Below are positions 62,967-64,000 of a stretch of DNA of 64,000 nt, in pieces. Made by a program: the position numbers and the translations under genes. The stretch lies in assembly GCA_051294905.1 (NCBI GenBank), contig CM119371.1, positions 41,170,001 to 41,234,000 of the forward strand, read 5' to 3'. Numbering within the stretch: the stretch's first letter is position 1; every line of letters begins with the position of its first letter. The notes beneath the pieces are model-generated. The model searched no databases and had not been told where the DNA came from. It saw only the letters and a list, made by a program, of their open reading frames with translations. Origin of the DNA: Botryllus schlosseri (Eukaryota).

Positions 62967-63995
62967 TCATTGAGTCATATTAGCCAAATGAATTTTCATG
63001 TGGGTGTTGAAGTTACTGCTTTGGGTAAATGTCTTGCCACAAATATAGCATTCATAGTTTTTTATGCCAGCATGCGATTTCATATGGCTTCCAAGGGAAC
63101 TGCTATAGGCAAATTTCTTCCCACAGACTTCACAATTGTAGTTTTTTGTGCCTCTATGTACAGTCATATGCACCTTCAAGTGCGATTTCAATTTAAATTT
63201 ACCATGACAAATGTCACACGTAAAATCTTTAACAGAGCTATGGATTTTCATATGAGTTTCAAGATGAACCTTTTGAGTAAATTCCTTTGCGCAAATCTCG
63301 CATGCATGGTTTTTTACATTTGCATGTACAATATCCATATGGTGCTTAACGGATTTTTTCTGCATCAATTCCTTCCCACAGATATCACACTTATAATATT
63401 TATGCCCATCGGCAGCATGCACACGCATATGGTGCTTCAAGCCAGACTTTAGAGGAAACTTTTTCTCACAGATGCCACATTTGTAATTTTCTGTGTCAGT
63501 AGGTCTATGTTGAAGCATGTGTGTCTTTAGACAGTATTTCCGAGAAAACTCCATCCCACAAACTTCGCACTGAAGATCTTTGATGCCAGAATGTACAATA
63601 TCCATATGCCTCCGCAAGCTTGGCTTATGAGCATATTCGTTTCCGCAAACATCACATTTATGATGTATGGCGCGAACATGAGTTTTCATGTGAGTGACGA
63701 CGCCCTCACGAGTGAATTTCTTTCCACAAATCTCACATTCATGATTTCGGATAGTAACAACAGCATGATTCGCTTCATGTCTCTTCAAGTCCAATCCTCG
63801 TTTAAAGCCTTTCCCACAAATACCACATTTATGTGTTTTACGCCCCGTATGGCAAATCATGTGAATATCGCGGTTACCCTTTTGCGTGAAAGTCTTCCCA
63901 CAAATTTCGCATTCATGATTTTTCACACCATAATGCATATTCATATGGTGCTTGATGGAGTTCGTCACTAATTCTTTGCCACATATCTCGCACAT
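62967..63995 (-). CDS. C2H2 zinc-finger protein copy 3, 342 aa, 12 fingers; 5' context cut by window end
   Basis: Uninterrupted ORF with 12 fingers; near-identical to copy 1 over fingers 1-9; AATAAA at 62427-62432. Confidence 0.92.
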   Translation of the reverse strand: MCEICGKELVTNSIKHHMNMHYGVKNHECEICGKTFTQKGNRDIHMICHTGRKTHKCGICGKGFKRGLDLKRHEANHAVVTIRNHECEICGKKFTREGVVTHMKTHVRAIHHKCDVCGNEYAHKPSLRRHMDIVHSGIKDLQCEVCGMEFSRKYCLKTHMLQHRPTDTENYKCGICEKKFPLKSGLKHHMRVHAADGHKYYKCDICGKELMQKKSVKHHMDIVHANVKNHACEICAKEFTQKVHLETHMKIHSSVKDFTCDICHGKFKLKSHLKVHMTVHRGTKNYNCEVCGKKFAYSSSLGSHMKSHAGIKNYECYICGKTFTQSSNFNTHMKIHLANMTQ

Positions 63996-64000
63996 TTCGT

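Noticed and set aside
62970..63971. Plus-strand ORFs overlapping the ZNF genes
   Set aside because: Antisense shadows of repetitive zinc-finger codons.

Overview
AT-rich eukaryotic (invertebrate animal, possibly tunicate; inference only) genomic DNA, gene-sparse and saturated with non-autonomous transposons. Host genes, all on the minus strand: the first coding exon of a pseudouridine-5'-phosphate glycosidase-domain gene (runs off the window start), a two-exon METTL21-family methyltransferase, a CENP-V/GFA-family gene, and three paralogous 12-finger C2H2 zinc-finger genes spaced about 20-22 kb apart. One ZNF copy is split by a 926-bp MITE with a perfect 8-bp TSD; a paralog shows the empty site. 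The three ZNF genes are sequence mosaics of each other and differ most at DNA-contact residues. The intergenic space is a nested stack of hAT-type MITEs (8-bp TSDs, several with subterminal short-motif arrays), foldback elements, a 5.7-kb CCC...GGG element splitting an L2/Crack-like LINE, a tRNA-derived SINE family, Penelope-like remnants with degenerate hammerhead-like motifs, and a Helitron-like element with ~200-bp internal repeats. No intact transposase, rRNA, functional tRNA or CRISPR array was seen. Coordinates were read by eye; ends of TSD-flanked elements are precise, others approximate.
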